Of a stretch of 64,000 nucleotides of DNA, positions 8,927 to 19,990 are shown piece by piece. Position 1 is the first letter of the stretch. The number at the start of each line of letters is the position of its first letter. The position numbers were made by a program, and so were the translations under genes. Location: the NCBI GenBank assembly GCA_003194435.1, contig PQXC01000006.1, forward strand, positions 3,981 through 67,980, given 5' to 3'. A model generated the notes under the pieces. That model made no database searches, was not told the DNA's origin, and worked only from the letters and a program-made list of their open reading frames with translations. The DNA comes from Candidatus Methanophagaceae archaeon. Lineage in GTDB: Archaea; Halobacteriota; Syntropharchaeia; Alkanophagales; Methanospirareceae.

Positions 8927-9562
8927 TTATTCGAGCGATATTGTGGTCTTCTCTCCCCCTTCCTTCTTCTTTATCTTCACACTGAGCACACCGTTCTTAT
9001 ATGTCGCCTTCGCCGATTCCGGATCCACAGGTACATCAAAATTCACTTCTTTGTAGTATTTCCGCTCGTTCTCTGTCTTTATCTCAAGTGAATTCTCCGT
9101 TGCATGCAATTTTATATCCTTCTTCTCAACACCTGGCAGTTCCGCAACCACCTCGTAAGAATCTTTCTGCTCCACGAGATCAACTAATGGCTCACGCTCC
9201 GGGAACGGTTCTATACGTCTGAATGACGGTCTTATATTCCCAAACTCCTTTATCTCCGGCTCCTTACCCGGCTCCTTCGTGAAGGTGAACCCGTAGATGA
9301 AAGGTCCATATCTCTTTATCTTGCCTCGTGGCGTCTCCTCCTCAGTCACGAAATTCTTGAACTCCTCAGGCAATTCCTCCTCTAAGCGCTCCATCAAATC
9401 CTCAAACGGGTCTTTGAACCAATCCTCGATATCCAGCGACTCTCTCCTCCGTCTTCTGAACTCCTCCTCAAAAGGCAGTGGTAAACTCCGCATCTCCTCG
9501 AACATCCGCTCCATATACCGCTCCATCAAATCAAATATAGACGGTCTCCTTCTTTTCTCCAT
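8927..9562 (-). CDS. hsp20: Small heat shock protein (Hsp20/alpha-crystallin family)
   Basis: Alpha-crystallin domain SYEVVAELPGVEKKDIKLHATENSLEIKTE...ATYKNGVLSVKIKKKE. Confidence 0.85.
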   Translation of the reverse strand: MEKRRRPSIFDLMERYMERMFEEMRSLPLPFEEEFRRRRRESLDIEDWFKDPFEDLMERLEEELPEEFKNFVTEEETPRGKIKRYGPFIYGFTFTKEPGKEPEIKEFGNIRPSFRRIEPFPEREPLVDLVEQKDSYEVVAELPGVEKKDIKLHATENSLEIKTENERKYYKEVNFDVPVDPESAKATYKNGVLSVKIKKKEGGEKTTISLE

Positions 9563-9642
9563 CTTCCCTCACTCCTTATCTTTAATCACATAAAAAGGTT
9601 TGCATATGTAAAAAATAATTTACAATTAATTACAATCTACAA

Positions 9643-11556
9643 TCATCTCTTCTTTTCTTCTTTTACATCATAATCCACATCCACGTAATCGCCGCTTTCG
9701 CTTTCGCTCTCTTTTTTAGTGCCTTCCTCGCCCTTGCCCTTAGCCTGCTCCTTAGTCTGCCCCTGCCCCTGAGCTTGTGCCTGTTCCTGTGCCTTCTTCG
9801 CCGCTTCCTGATACACCACCGCCGAAATCTCGTGTAGCGCCTTCGTCAGTGCATCCATATCCTCCTTTATCTTCGCTATGTCTTTACCCTCTAACGACTT
9901 CTTTAGCTTCTCTCGCGCCTGCTCCACCTTCTCCCGCTGGTCTTTGCTTATCTTGTCACCAAGCTCGTTTATCGTCTTCTCTGAGGTATAAACGAGCGAG
10001 TCTGCCTGATTTCGGAGTTCCACCTCCTCTTTTCGCTTCTTATCCGCCTCACGGTACTTCTCCGCTTCCTTCACCATCCGGTCTATCTCCTCTCTTGAGA
10101 GCTTGGTTGAGGCGGTTATTCTTATAGAAGCGGCTTTGCCCGTGCCCAGGTCCTTCGCCGTTACGTTCAAAATGCCATTTGCATCAATATCAAATGTGAC
10201 TTCAATCTGGGGAACGCCCCTCGGTGCTGGCGGAATGCCATCCAGATGAAACCTCCCAAGCGAGGTGTTATCGGCAGCCATCGGTCTCTCACCCTGCACG
10301 ATGTGTATCTCTACCGATGTCTGATTGTCAGCAGCAGTGGTGAATATCTGCGATTTCTTCGTTGGTATCGTGGTGTTCCGCTCTATTATCGGAGTGGCTA
10401 CGCCACCAAGTGTCTCAACACTGAGTGTGAGCGGAGTAACATCGAGCAGAACTATCTCGTCCTTCACCTGCCCTGCGATTATACCCGCCTGTATCGCCGC
10501 GCCAATTGCCACCGACTGCATTGGGTCCACTCCCCCTTCGCCTTTCTTACCCATTATGCGTTCAAAATACCCGCGCACAATTGGCGACCTTGTGGGTCCA
10601 CCGATGAATATTATCTTGTCTATATCCTCTGGGGTGAGCTTTGCATCTTCTAACGCCTGCTTTATGGGTGCTTCTACTCGCTTCAATATCGGTTCTACCA
10701 GTTCCTCCAATTTAGCCCGCGTGAGCGTGGCTTCCAGATGCTTCGGCTCATTGCCAGAGACGGCAATGAACGGCAGATTTATTGTTGTAGAGACAGAAGA
10801 GGATAACTCTATCTTCGCCTTCTCCGCTTCATCCTTTATCCGCTGCATCGCTGTAAGGTCGTTACGCAAGTCTATCCCTTCTTTCGCTTTAAAACCCTCC
10901 ACCAACCAGTCTATTATTGCAGCATCTATATCCGCACCACCGAGATGTGTATCACCAGAAGTGGATAATACCTCAAATACACCCTCCCCTATCTCCATAA
11001 TCGTGACATCAAAAGTACCACCGCCGAAGTCGAGAACCGCGACCTTATATTCACCCTCCTTGCCGAGTCCATAAGCCATCGCCGCTGCCGTCGGCTCATT
11101 TATTATCCGTTTCACATCAAAGCCCGCAATCTCACCCGCATCCTTCGTCGCCTGCCGCTGGTTATCATTGAAATACGCCGGCACGGTGATCACCGCAGCA
11201 TCTACCTTCTCACCCAAATACGCTTCGGCATCCGTCTTTATCTTCTCCAGTATCATTGCTGATATCTCCTGTGGTGTGAACTCCTTATCTATGGTCTTCA
11301 CATATACCTTCTCTGCAGTTCCCATCTTCCGCTTTACTTCCATTATTGTACCCTCTGGATTGATAACCGCCTGCCGTTTCGCCGCCACTCCAACCAACCG
11401 CTGTCCATCCTTCGTGAATGCTACCACTGACGGAAACATCTTTCCACCGTATGCACTGCCTTCCGCACTGGGTATTATCTTCGGCTCACCACTTTCGTCT
11501 ATATACGCGGCTTCCGAGTTCGTGGTTCCAAGGTCAATACCTATTATTCTCCCCAT
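9643..11556 (-). CDS. dnaK: Molecular chaperone DnaK (Hsp70)
   Basis: [28 protein letters not shown]-type motifs along the full Hsp70 length. Acidic C-terminus. Confidence 0.95.
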   Translation of the reverse strand: MGRIIGIDLGTTNSEAAYIDESGEPKIIPSAEGSAYGGKMFPSVVAFTKDGQRLVGVAAKRQAVINPEGTIMEVKRKMGTAEKVYVKTIDKEFTPQEISAMILEKIKTDAEAYLGEKVDAAVITVPAYFNDNQRQATKDAGEIAGFDVKRIINEPTAAAMAYGLGKEGEYKVAVLDFGGGTFDVTIMEIGEGVFEVLSTSGDTHLGGADIDAAIIDWLVEGFKAKEGIDLRNDLTAMQRIKDEAEKAKIELSSSVSTTINLPFIAVSGNEPKHLEATLTRAKLEELVEPILKRVEAPIKQALEDAKLTPEDIDKIIFIGGPTRSPIVRGYFERIMGKKGEGGVDPMQSVAIGAAIQAGIIAGQVKDEIVLLDVTPLTLSVETLGGVATPIIERNTTIPTKKSQIFTTAADNQTSVEIHIVQGERPMAADNTSLGRFHLDGIPPAPRGVPQIEVTFDIDANGILNVTAKDLGTGKAASIRITASTKLSREEIDRMVKEAEKYREADKKRKEEVELRNQADSLVYTSEKTINELGDKISKDQREKVEQAREKLKKSLEGKDIAKIKEDMDALTKALHEISAVVYQEAAKKAQEQAQAQGQGQTKEQAKGKGEEGTKKESESESGDYVDVDYDVKEEKKR

Positions 11557-11656
11557 TTTCTTCCCCTATATCATATCAACATCATACGTCATCAACAGAA
11601 GTAGATAACAATAAATGAGCTTGAGTGTAAAATAATAAAAAGAGAGAAAGAAGAAG

Positions 11657-13297
11657 TTAGTATTCCTCTCCCATTCCTTCCATTCCTGGTCCACCACCAC
11701 CTCCTGGTGGTGTCGATGGCTTCTTCTCAGCACCTGCGGCAATTACATCGTCTATCCGCAGAATCATCGTCGCCGCTTCCGTAGCTGAGCTTATAGCCTG
11801 TGTCTTTATCCTCAGCGGCTCGATTACATTCGCATCCAGCATGTTCGTTGGCTCACCCTTGTACACGTCCAGACCATCGTATTTATTGCCCTTCTCATGT
11901 GCCGAGCGAAGACTGACGAGCGTATCAATGGGGTCTAAACCGGCATTTTCAGCCAGTGCTCTCGGTATCACCTCCACAGCATCTGCAAAAGCCTGTATCG
12001 CCAGTTGTTCCCTACCTCCCACGGTCGCGGCATAATCACGCAGTTTGAGTGCCAGTTCTATCTCCGTCGCTCCACCACCTGCTACATACTTACCATCTTC
12101 CAGCGCACATGCGAGCACACGCAATGCATCCGTCATCCCCCTCTCTAACTCATCCACTACGTGCTCTGTACCACCACGCAGTAGTATGGTCACGGCTTTC
12201 GGATTCTTGCAGTCCTCAACGAATATCATCTCGTCGCCTCCTATCTTACGCTCCTCTACCAATCCCGCAGTTCCCAGGTCTTCCGGCTTTATCTCCTCCA
12301 GCGTCGTCAATATCCTGCCACCCGTTGCGCTCGCAAGCTTCTTCATGTCACTCTCCTTCACCCGTCTCACTGCCAGTATGCCCTCCTTCGCCAGGAAGTG
12401 CTGTGCAAGGTCGTCAATGCCCTTCTGACAGAAGAGTACATTCGCACCACTCGCTTTTATCTTGTCCACCATATCCTTCAGCATCGCTTCTTCCTCATCC
12501 AGGAACGCTTTCATCTGGTCTGGTGAGGTAATCTCTATCTTCGCATCCACCTCCGTCTTCTCTATCTCCAGTGCCGAGTTCACCAGTGCTATCTTCGCAT
12601 TCTCCACAAGCTTCGGCATCCCTGGATGCACCCTCTCCTTGTCTATGACCATCCCCTTTATCAGGACTGTATCCTCCTTGCTCCCACCGGTCTTCTTCTC
12701 CAGCTTTACCTGGTCTGTGTCTATCTTCTTACCTTTCTCTGCTATCGTCTTCATCGCCTCCACAGCAAGCTCGGTCAGCATCTCCTTCGCTACCTCTGCT
12801 CCTTTACCGGTCATGGAAGTCATCGCTATCTTCTTCAGCGTCTCTGTATCCTCAGGGTCTATGTCCAGTGCCAGGTCATTCAATATCTCATACGCCTTCT
12901 CGGCTGCTAATCGGTAGCCTGAGACGATTAATGTGGGATGTACCTCCTGCTCCAGGAGCTCCTCCGCCTTCTTCAATAATTCACCGCCTATGACTACCGC
13001 ACTGGTCGTCCCATCTCCAACTTCGTTATCCTGCGTCTTCGCAATCTCCACCATCATCTTCGCCGCCGGGTGTTCTATGTCCATTTCCTTCAATATCGTC
13101 GCGCCGTCATTCGTTATGACCACGTCACCCATGGAATCCACCAGCATCTTATCCATACCTTTGGGTCCCAATGTAGACTTCACTGCGGCTGCAATAGTCT
13201 TTGCGGCGAGTATATTCCTGCTCTGCGCGTCTTTACCCCTCGTTCGTTCACTACCCTCCTTCAATATCAATATCGGCGTACCACCCAATTGTGCCAT
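11657..13297 (-). CDS. ths: Thermosome subunit (group II chaperonin)
   Basis: 546 aa; [26 protein letters not shown]-terminal GGM-like tail [15 protein letters not shown]. Confidence 0.95.
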   Translation of the reverse strand: MAQLGGTPILILKEGSERTRGKDAQSRNILAAKTIAAAVKSTLGPKGMDKMLVDSMGDVVITNDGATILKEMDIEHPAAKMMVEIAKTQDNEVGDGTTSAVVIGGELLKKAEELLEQEVHPTLIVSGYRLAAEKAYEILNDLALDIDPEDTETLKKIAMTSMTGKGAEVAKEMLTELAVEAMKTIAEKGKKIDTDQVKLEKKTGGSKEDTVLIKGMVIDKERVHPGMPKLVENAKIALVNSALEIEKTEVDAKIEITSPDQMKAFLDEEEAMLKDMVDKIKASGANVLFCQKGIDDLAQHFLAKEGILAVRRVKESDMKKLASATGGRILTTLEEIKPEDLGTAGLVEERKIGGDEMIFVEDCKNPKAVTILLRGGTEHVVDELERGMTDALRVLACALEDGKYVAGGGATEIELALKLRDYAATVGGREQLAIQAFADAVEVIPRALAENAGLDPIDTLVSLRSAHEKGNKYDGLDVYKGEPTNMLDANVIEPLRIKTQAISSATEAATMILRIDDVIAAGAEKKPSTPPGGGGGPGMEGMGEEY

Positions 13298-13329
13298 CCT
13301 TCATCACCTCTAATTTTCTATATCTATGG

Positions 13330-13345
13330 TTCTATATAAATATTG
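13330..13345 (-). promoter_or_regulatory. Candidate TATA box (tttatata on minus strand) about 40 nt upstream of the thermosome ATG, with SD-like GAGGTGA at -8
   Basis: AT-rich intergenic region; pattern only, no experimental support. Confidence 0.25.
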
Positions 13346-13411
13346 CTATACTCAACCTATATAAAAATGTATTATATCCCTTATATATCCCTCATTGATT
13401 CACCGCGCTGT

Positions 13412-13483
13412 GCCCTGGTAGCATAGTGGCAATGCGCCACCTTGGTAAGGTGGAGACCGCGGGTTCAAATCCCGCCCAGGGCT
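13412..13483 (+). tRNA. tRNA-Thr (anticodon GGT)
   Basis: Manual cloverleaf: acceptor gccctgg/ccagggc; anticodon arm ccacc-ttGGTaa-ggtgg; T-arm gcggg-ttcaaat-cccgc; discriminator t. Confidence 0.8.
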
Positions 13484-13535
13484 CTTATGGCTCTTATCCC
13501 GTACGATGATAAGATAGTAAGATAGAGATAGTAAG

Positions 13536-14930
13536 ATGATAGCGAAGAGAATTGTCACCATTGGTGGCTCAGATAGCAGTGGCGGTGCGGGGATACAGGC
13601 TGATATAAAGACGTTCTCCGTTCTTGGCGTTTATAGCACTTCTGTAATCACCGCTGTTACTGCACAGAATTCTAAGGGCGTGCAGGATAAACTGGAGATA
13701 CCGGTTGAATTGGTGAACTCACAGGTTCGGTCTATAATTGACGACATTGGCGTGGATTATGCGAAGACAGGGATGCTCTCTTCTTCTAAGATGATAATGG
13801 CAGTATCAGCACTGCTGAAAGAATATACGGTGCCGTTCGTCCTTGACCCGGTGATGAAGGCAGGTTCGGGCGGCACACTGATGGATTCCGCAGCCGTGGA
13901 TGCGCTCGTGGAGTATCTGTTGCCGCTGTGCAGGGTTGTAACACCGAATATAATGGAGGCATCGGCTATCTCTGGTCAGGAGATAAGAACACTCTCGGAT
14001 ATGAAAGAAGCAGCCATTGCGATACACGAAAAGGGCGCTCCCGCAGTTATCATAACGGGCGGGCATCTCGAGTGCGAGACAGGAGCAGGTAGAGCAACGG
14101 ATTTGATATACGATGGCGATGGGTTCAGGGAATTAACACTGGAGTATATAAGACCAGGGCCAGGACTCGCACCCGCACATGGTAAGGGTAAGATACTGCA
14201 CGGCAGTGGCTGTTCATTCTCCGCTGCTCTAACCGCGGAACTGGCGAAAGGGTATGATTTATACACGGCAGCCGCAAAAGCAAAAGCATTCGTTCATGAT
14301 GGTATCATGGACGGTGATACAATCTCCAATTTTATGGTTGTGAATCCCGCACGCAGGATGCGAATAGATGCGGACAGATACAGTGTGCTGGAGAACCTCA
14401 AAGAGGCATTAAGGCTATTGAAGCGCACAAGGGGCTTTAAAGAGGTAATACCCGAAGTGGGAACGAACATAGGTATGGCGATAGAAGGAGCCACAGGTAT
14501 AGAGGATGTAGCAGCGGTGGACGGCAGGATACATCCCACCCATGACGGCATACATTCGGGCTGTGTCGAGTTCGGCGTGAGCAGTCACATAGCGCGGATG
14601 ATACTGACGATGATGAGACACGAACCAGATAAGAGGAGTGCTATCAACATCAAATATACACCGGAACTGGTTTCAGCATGTGAAGATGCGGGGTTGCAGG
14701 TAGCCTATTTTGAGCGTGAAAAAGAGCCCACAGGTGTGGAGACGATGGTATGGGGCACGGAAGAAGCACTGAAGCATGGGGGTGGAAGCAGAGGCAGAGC
14801 TCCCGATGTCATCTTCGACCGCGGTGCATACGGTAAAGAGGCAATGATAAGAATCTTTGATACTACCGCCGTTGACGTGGTGAAGCGATTGCGAAAGTTG
14901 CTGAACGGAGGAACTGAAGAAGATGAATAA
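13536..14930 (+). CDS. thiDN: Bifunctional ThiD-ThiN: hydroxymethylpyrimidine/phosphomethylpyrimidine kinase fused to archaeal thiamine-phosphate synthase ThiN
   Basis: N-terminal ThiD motifs (IGGSDSSGGAGIQADIKT, VLDPVM). About 200-aa C-terminal ThiN-like extension. 464 aa, typical of archaeal ThiDN. Confidence 0.8.
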   Translation: MIAKRIVTIGGSDSSGGAGIQADIKTFSVLGVYSTSVITAVTAQNSKGVQDKLEIPVELVNSQVRSIIDDIGVDYAKTGMLSSSKMIMAVSALLKEYTVPFVLDPVMKAGSGGTLMDSAAVDALVEYLLPLCRVVTPNIMEASAISGQEIRTLSDMKEAAIAIHEKGAPAVIITGGHLECETGAGRATDLIYDGDGFRELTLEYIRPGPGLAPAHGKGKILHGSGCSFSAALTAELAKGYDLYTAAAKAKAFVHDGIMDGDTISNFMVVNPARRMRIDADRYSVLENLKEALRLLKRTRGFKEVIPEVGTNIGMAIEGATGIEDVAAVDGRIHPTHDGIHSGCVEFGVSSHIARMILTMMRHEPDKRSAINIKYTPELVSACEDAGLQVAYFEREKEPTGVETMVWGTEEALKHGGGSRGRAPDVIFDRGAYGKEAMIRIFDTTAVDVVKRLRKLLNGGTEEDE

Positions 14931-15798
14931 GATGAAGGAGAGTAAGAGGATTAAATTCACGAAGATGCATGGCTGTGGCAATGATTTCATAGTGATAGAC
15001 GAGCATGAGACGGAGGTGATACCAGAGCCTCATAAGGAGGAACTCAGCAGGGAATTGTGCACGAGAAAGCTGTCAATAGGTGCAGATGGCGTCATCTTTG
15101 TCTGCAAGCCCGACCCCGGCTCAGGCTGTGACACGCGAATGCGGATATTCAATGCCGATGGAACAGAGGCGGAGATGAGTGGGAACGGTATGCGATGCTT
15201 TGCCAAATATGTATATGAGCGAGGGCTGGTTCACGAGCGACGGATAAAGGTGGAGACACTGGGCGGGCTGGTGGTGCCGGAGGTGAAAGACCTTATTGAT
15301 GGACGGGTTGCCACGGTAAGGGTGTTTATGGGCAAACCCAGGTTTGAGTGGTTGAATGAGCCTTTATACGTGAACGGGATAGGTGAGATAAAATTGACAT
15401 CCCTGAATCTTGGAAACCCACATGCCGTCGTCATTCTCAACTCATTTAGCGATCTTGATGTGGGTATGGTGGGTAAGCGCATTGAGACGCATCCCGCTTT
15501 TCCTAACAGGACGAACGTGAATTTCGTGCTATTGGGAGCGGAGGATAGGAATGAGATAACAGTGAGGACTTATGAGCGAGGAGTGGGTGAGACGCTGTCA
15601 TGCGGGACAGGTTCAACAGCTTCTGTGGTTGTATTGGAGGAACTCGGTCTTATCAATGCTTCCACACCCGTGACGGTGCATACGCGGGGTGGTGATTTGA
15701 GCGTGGAAGTGAAAGAGGAGGGTGCATACCTTACAGGACCGGCGGAGGAGGTATTCGAGGGTGTATTCACTATTCACACTACATTACATTATGATTAG
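14923..15798 (+). CDS. dapF: Diaminopimelate epimerase
   Basis: FTKMHGCGNDFIVID and second catalytic Cys region LSCGTGSTA. Overlaps thiDN by 8 nt. Confidence 0.85.
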   Translation: MNKMKESKRIKFTKMHGCGNDFIVIDEHETEVIPEPHKEELSRELCTRKLSIGADGVIFVCKPDPGSGCDTRMRIFNADGTEAEMSGNGMRCFAKYVYERGLVHERRIKVETLGGLVVPEVKDLIDGRVATVRVFMGKPRFEWLNEPLYVNGIGEIKLTSLNLGNPHAVVILNSFSDLDVGMVGKRIETHPAFPNRTNVNFVLLGAEDRNEITVRTYERGVGETLSCGTGSTASVVVLEELGLINASTPVTVHTRGGDLSVEVKEEGAYLTGPAEEVFEGVFTIHTTLHYD

Positions 15799-15807
15799 AA
15801 TCAGATT

Positions 15808-16371
15808 ATGAGGTTGATAATAGGGATAACAGGAGCGAGCGGTGCGATATATGCGAAGAGATTACTGGAGATGCTTCATGAGCGAGGAGTGGAGATTGAT
15901 TTGATTATCACTCCGTATGGGCGCTACATAATAGAGTATGAACTCGGGATAGGGGTGAAGGAGATAGAGAAGTTCGCAACACGCCTCTGGGACATTGATG
16001 ATATGGCTGCTGACATTGCAAGTGGCACACAATTGTGTGACGGGATGGTGGTAATACCATGCACGATGAACACAGTGGCAAAGATGGCGCACGGGATAGC
16101 AGATAATCTGCTCTTACGCGCATTTGATGTGATGCTGAAGAGCAGGAGCAGGAACAGGGGGATAATCATCGTGCCCAGAGAGACACCGCTGAATGAGAAC
16201 CACTTAGAGAATCTACTGAGGCTAAAGCGAATGGGTGTGACGATTATACCACCGGTGCCCGCCTTTTATTACCATCCAAAGTCAATTCAGGACATGGTGG
16301 ACTTCATTGTGGCGCTTATCCTTCGCGAGTTCGGTATAGCGCATACAGTGCCGAGATGGAAGAAGCCATGA
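15808..16371 (+). CDS. ubiX: UbiX-family flavin prenyltransferase
   Basis: MRLIIGITGASGAIYAKRLLE, a flavoprotein fold of 187 aa. CTMNTVAKMAHGIADNLLLRA. Confidence 0.85.
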   Translation: MRLIIGITGASGAIYAKRLLEMLHERGVEIDLIITPYGRYIIEYELGIGVKEIEKFATRLWDIDDMAADIASGTQLCDGMVVIPCTMNTVAKMAHGIADNLLLRAFDVMLKSRSRNRGIIIVPRETPLNENHLENLLRLKRMGVTIIPPVPAFYYHPKSIQDMVDFIVALILREFGIAHTVPRWKKP

Positions 16372-17795
16372 CGATGATGGATATAGATATACCAAGGGTG
16401 GTGATTGCGGGCGATAGGAGTTCGGCAGGTAAGACCACCGTCTGCATCGGGCTGTTGAGCCTGTTACGCGAACGTGGCTTACAGGTTCAGGGCTTCAAAG
16501 TCGGGCTTGACTACATAGACCCCGGATTTCATACACTCGTCTCCGGCAGACGCTCAAGGAATCTTGATGGCTTTCTTATGTCGCCGGAGGTGGTGAAGGA
16601 GCTATTTGTGAGGGCTTGTGAAGATGCGGATATAGCAGTTATAGAAGGAGTGAGAGGGCTTTACGAGGGTTTGAACTATTACGATGACGTGGGCAGTACC
16701 GCCCAGATAGCGAAGATTCTCCGGTGCCCGGTCATAATGGTGGTGGATGCTGCGAGCATAACGAGGAGTGCTGCCGCACTGGTCAATGGATACAGGAGTT
16801 TTGACCCCGAAGTCAACCTATCGGGTGTTATTCTGAATAATATCGGGAGTTCAAGGCATGGAGAGAAGGCGGAGCGTGCGGTGGAGGAGTATTGCGGGCT
16901 TAAAGTGATAGGGAAGATACCAAGGAGGAGCGACCTGGCAATCTCCATGCGCCATCTCGGCTTGATTACCGCAGAGGAATGTAAAAGCAGATGGGATGAT
17001 TTCAATAACGTTCTGAATAGGATAAAAGAGGCGGTAGAGTCTAATCTGGATATATCCGCACTACTGGAGATAGCAGATAGCGCGCCCGCATTGAACCTGC
17101 CGGAGCCGAGACTATTCCAGCATCAGCATCATGCTCACACACCCCCTCGAGTAACGATTGGAGTCGCATTTGATGAGGCTTTCAATTTCTACTATCACGA
17201 TACGCTCGATTTACTCAGGCATGAAGGAGCGGAGATTGTTTATTTCAGTCCAATAAGGGCGAGCAGGCTGCCGGAAGGACTTGATGCCTTGTATATCGGC
17301 GGTGGCTTCCCCGAGATCTATGCTCGCGAGCTGGCTGCGAATAAGCAGATGCGACGGGCTATCAGGGATTTCCACGATGCTCATGGCGTTATGTATGCTG
17401 AATGTGGCGGATTGATGTATCTCCTGGATGAGCTTGAGTATGGTGGCGATGCCTTTGAGATGTGTGGTGTGATAGAGGGCAGGGTGAAGTTCAGGGAACG
17501 GCGATTGGTGAACTATGTGGAGGGGGAATTTAGAAGGGGATGCATTATCGGCAGTCGCGGCACACGGTTCAAAGGGCATGAGTTTCACCGGTCGGTGATA
17601 GAGCTCGGGAATGAGAATAAAAATAAAGACCGGTTTGCGTATCGGATGCTGAGAGGCGAGGGCATCTATGAAGGACTGGATGGGATAATAACGAACAACT
17701 GTCTCGCTTCCTATACACATCTGCATGCAGCCTCGTATAGAGAATTTGCACCGAACTTCGTTGCGAGTGCAAGGAGAGGGAGTGTTGTGAAATAA
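16356..17795 (+). CDS. cbiA: Cobyrinic acid a,c-diamide synthase family (CbiA; could alternatively be the F430-pathway paralogue CfbB)
   Basis: N-terminal CobQ/CobB/MinD ATPase (AGDRSSAGKTTVCIGL) plus C-terminal glutamine amidotransferase (YAECGGLMYL, HEFH). Confidence 0.75.
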   Translation: MEEAMTMMDIDIPRVVIAGDRSSAGKTTVCIGLLSLLRERGLQVQGFKVGLDYIDPGFHTLVSGRRSRNLDGFLMSPEVVKELFVRACEDADIAVIEGVRGLYEGLNYYDDVGSTAQIAKILRCPVIMVVDAASITRSAAALVNGYRSFDPEVNLSGVILNNIGSSRHGEKAERAVEEYCGLKVIGKIPRRSDLAISMRHLGLITAEECKSRWDDFNNVLNRIKEAVESNLDISALLEIADSAPALNLPEPRLFQHQHHAHTPPRVTIGVAFDEAFNFYYHDTLDLLRHEGAEIVYFSPIRASRLPEGLDALYIGGGFPEIYARELAANKQMRRAIRDFHDAHGVMYAECGGLMYLLDELEYGGDAFEMCGVIEGRVKFRERRLVNYVEGEFRRGCIIGSRGTRFKGHEFHRSVIELGNENKNKDRFAYRMLRGEGIYEGLDGIITNNCLASYTHLHAASYREFAPNFVASARRGSVVK

Positions 17796-17905
17796 TAGCC
17801 AGCGACTCATCAGAATTAAAGGCTAAAAGGGATAAAGAGGATGAAAAGAGAGCAATAGCATTTCACTTAACGTTCCCGTGCCAGCATAAAAGAAGTTTTT
17901 GCAAA

Positions 17906-17979
17906 TGGGGTCGGTGCGATTTGAACGCACGATCGGCGAGTCTGGAGCCCGCTGCCCTACCGGACTAGGCCACGACCCC
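17906..17979 (-). tRNA. tRNA-Trp (anticodon CCA), no intron
   Basis: Minus-strand cloverleaf: acceptor ggggtcg/cgacccc; anticodon arm gcggg-ctCCAga-ctcgc; T-arm gtgcg-ttcaaat-cgcac; discriminator a. Confidence 0.8.
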
Positions 17980-18053
17980 TACCTCTACTACTCTTATTTT
18001 TTATAATAAAATAAAAATCTTCTGTATTGTATATTGTATTGTATCATTCAAAT

Positions 18054-18542
18054 TCAATTTTGTATGATTTCACGAAGTGGGAGGCATTCTATGAGTTGGT
18101 CCATATGCTGGTCATCATCGGGCTCCCTATCAGTTCTTTGTGTAGATATAACCTTATATTTCCTCTGTGCTCTGCTCCCTTTCCTGATTAAAACACCCTC
18201 AGAATGCAGACTCGCCAGATAGGTTGATAAAGTACTGAGTCGAATATCCACCCCATATACTTCTTCATATATTCGTTTTAACTCTGAAGAAGTGAACCAA
18301 TCACGGGGTGCCTTCTTATCGTAACGGAGGAAATACTCCAATCTGCCCTTTATCGTGAGGTCCTCATTGTCCATATCATAAGGGTCAATAGCCGAAGGAG
18401 AAGGTATCTGGTCCTCCAGGAACCGCACAATACTCCTTATTGTGGTAGATTTGAACGCTTCATTCATTAAATCGCCCTCTCGCTCCATAGAAGTCTTCAC
18501 GCCCTCTTCGTTCGTCACTTCCACGCGCACCTTCAGTACCAT
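18054..18542 (-). CDS. Hypothetical winged-helix DNA-binding protein, divergent from dnaJ
   Basis: 162 aa; wHTH-like STLSTYLASLHSEGVLIRKGSRAQRKYKV near the N-terminus of the minus-strand product. Confidence 0.4.
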   Translation of the reverse strand: MVLKVRVEVTNEEGVKTSMEREGDLMNEAFKSTTIRSIVRFLEDQIPSPSAIDPYDMDNEDLTIKGRLEYFLRYDKKAPRDWFTSSELKRIYEEVYGVDIRLSTLSTYLASLHSEGVLIRKGSRAQRKYKVISTQRTDREPDDDQHMDQLIECLPLREIIQN

Positions 18543-18728
18543 CGCTATCTGTTCACGTGTTCAATGAATATATGAAAGATAGACCCATGCTATATATAAA
18601 GGATATGGTAGAAGGGGTGGGGTGACCATACATTTCCACTGGAGTGAATGTGAGAATAGGTGAAGAGACGGAAAAAATATTTACATTGATAAAAGGAAAA
18701 AATCATAGGAGAAGCGGAGGACTGAGAA

Positions 18729-19931
18729 TTGGCACAGAATAAGGATTATTACGAGATCCTGGGTGTTGATAGAGGAGCATCAGAAGAGGAGATAAAACGC
18801 GCTTATCGCAGATTGGCGAAGAAATATCATCCTGACCTGAATAAGGATAATCCGAAAGAGGCGGAAGAGAAGTTTAAGGAGATCTCTGAGGCTTATGAGG
18901 TCCTGTCAGACCCTCAGAAGCGGGCAAATTATGACAGATTTGGGCATGCCGGCGTTGACTTTGGTCCCGGTGGATTCGATTGGTCGAAGTTCACAAGGTT
19001 CAGTGATATAGAGGATATATTCAGGGATATATTCGGCACTGACTTTGGCTTTGGAGGCGCGGGTAGAGGGGGGACCAGTAGCATATTTGAGGACCTCTTT
19101 GGTGCCGGTAGACACCGGGGTGCTGAGTACCAGTACCCGGAGAGGGGCAGGGATATCAGGTATGACATGGAGATAGAGTTAGAGGATGCAGCGAGGGGTA
19201 TAGAGAAGGAGATAGAGGTGAGCAAAGAAGAGACCTGTCCGGATTGTAAGGGCACCGGAGCGTCAAGTGGTGGCTTACAGACCTGCCCTGCATGCGGTGG
19301 AACGGGGCAGATAAAGCGGGTCCAGAGGCAGGGTTTTGCTCAGTTCGTCTCCATTACCACCTGTCCGCGATGTGGGGGCAGGGGTAAAGTGATAGAAAAG
19401 CCTTGCAATACCTGCGGTGGAAGTGGTAAAATAACCGTGAACAAGCGTTTATCAGTGCGAATACCGCCTGGAGTGGATACCGGTAGTAGATTACGGATAC
19501 CGGGAGAGGGAGAGGCGGGTGAAAGAGGCGGTCCGCCTGGTGATTTATACATAGTGATACATATAAGAGAGCATGAAATCTTCAGGAGGGAAGGGAAAGA
19601 CCTCTATTGTGACGTCCCTGTAAGATTCGCTCAGGCGGCTCTCGGTGATGAAATACGGGTGAAGAACATATATGGTGATGAAGTGAGGTTGAAAATTCCT
19701 CCCGGTACACAATCGGGTACCATCTTCCGATTAAGAAATCAGGGCATGCCGGATTTAAAGGGACATGGACGGGGTAACATGATGGTCAGGGTAAAGGTAG
19801 TAACGCCGAAGAAATTGAGTAAAAGGCAGAAGGAACTGCTAAAGGAGTTTGATAAGGAGGAAGAGAAGCAGAGTAAGAGTAAAAGGGATACTTATTCTGC
19901 TTTCTGGAAGAGAAGAGGAAAGATTAATTAA
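18729..19931 (+). CDS. dnaJ: Chaperone DnaJ (J-domain, G/F-rich, four CxxCxGxG zinc repeats)
   Basis: DYYEILGV...HPD J-domain; [35 protein letters not shown] start with upstream GGAGG. Confidence 0.9.
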   Translation: MAQNKDYYEILGVDRGASEEEIKRAYRRLAKKYHPDLNKDNPKEAEEKFKEISEAYEVLSDPQKRANYDRFGHAGVDFGPGGFDWSKFTRFSDIEDIFRDIFGTDFGFGGAGRGGTSSIFEDLFGAGRHRGAEYQYPERGRDIRYDMEIELEDAARGIEKEIEVSKEETCPDCKGTGASSGGLQTCPACGGTGQIKRVQRQGFAQFVSITTCPRCGGRGKVIEKPCNTCGGSGKITVNKRLSVRIPPGVDTGSRLRIPGEGEAGERGGPPGDLYIVIHIREHEIFRREGKDLYCDVPVRFAQAALGDEIRVKNIYGDEVRLKIPPGTQSGTIFRLRNQGMPDLKGHGRGNMMVRVKVVTPKKLSKRQKELLKEFDKEEEKQSKSKRDTYSAFWKRRGKIN

Positions 19932-19990
19932 CTTTATATAGGTGAAAAGAAAGATTAAAGTAGAAATAGAAAAGATGCGAGGGGGAAGTC

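Noticed and set aside
10325-12917. Multiple long plus-strand ORFs overlapping dnaK and the thermosome gene
   Set aside because: Antisense shadows of highly conserved chaperone genes. Ser/Pro/Ala-rich low-complexity translations.
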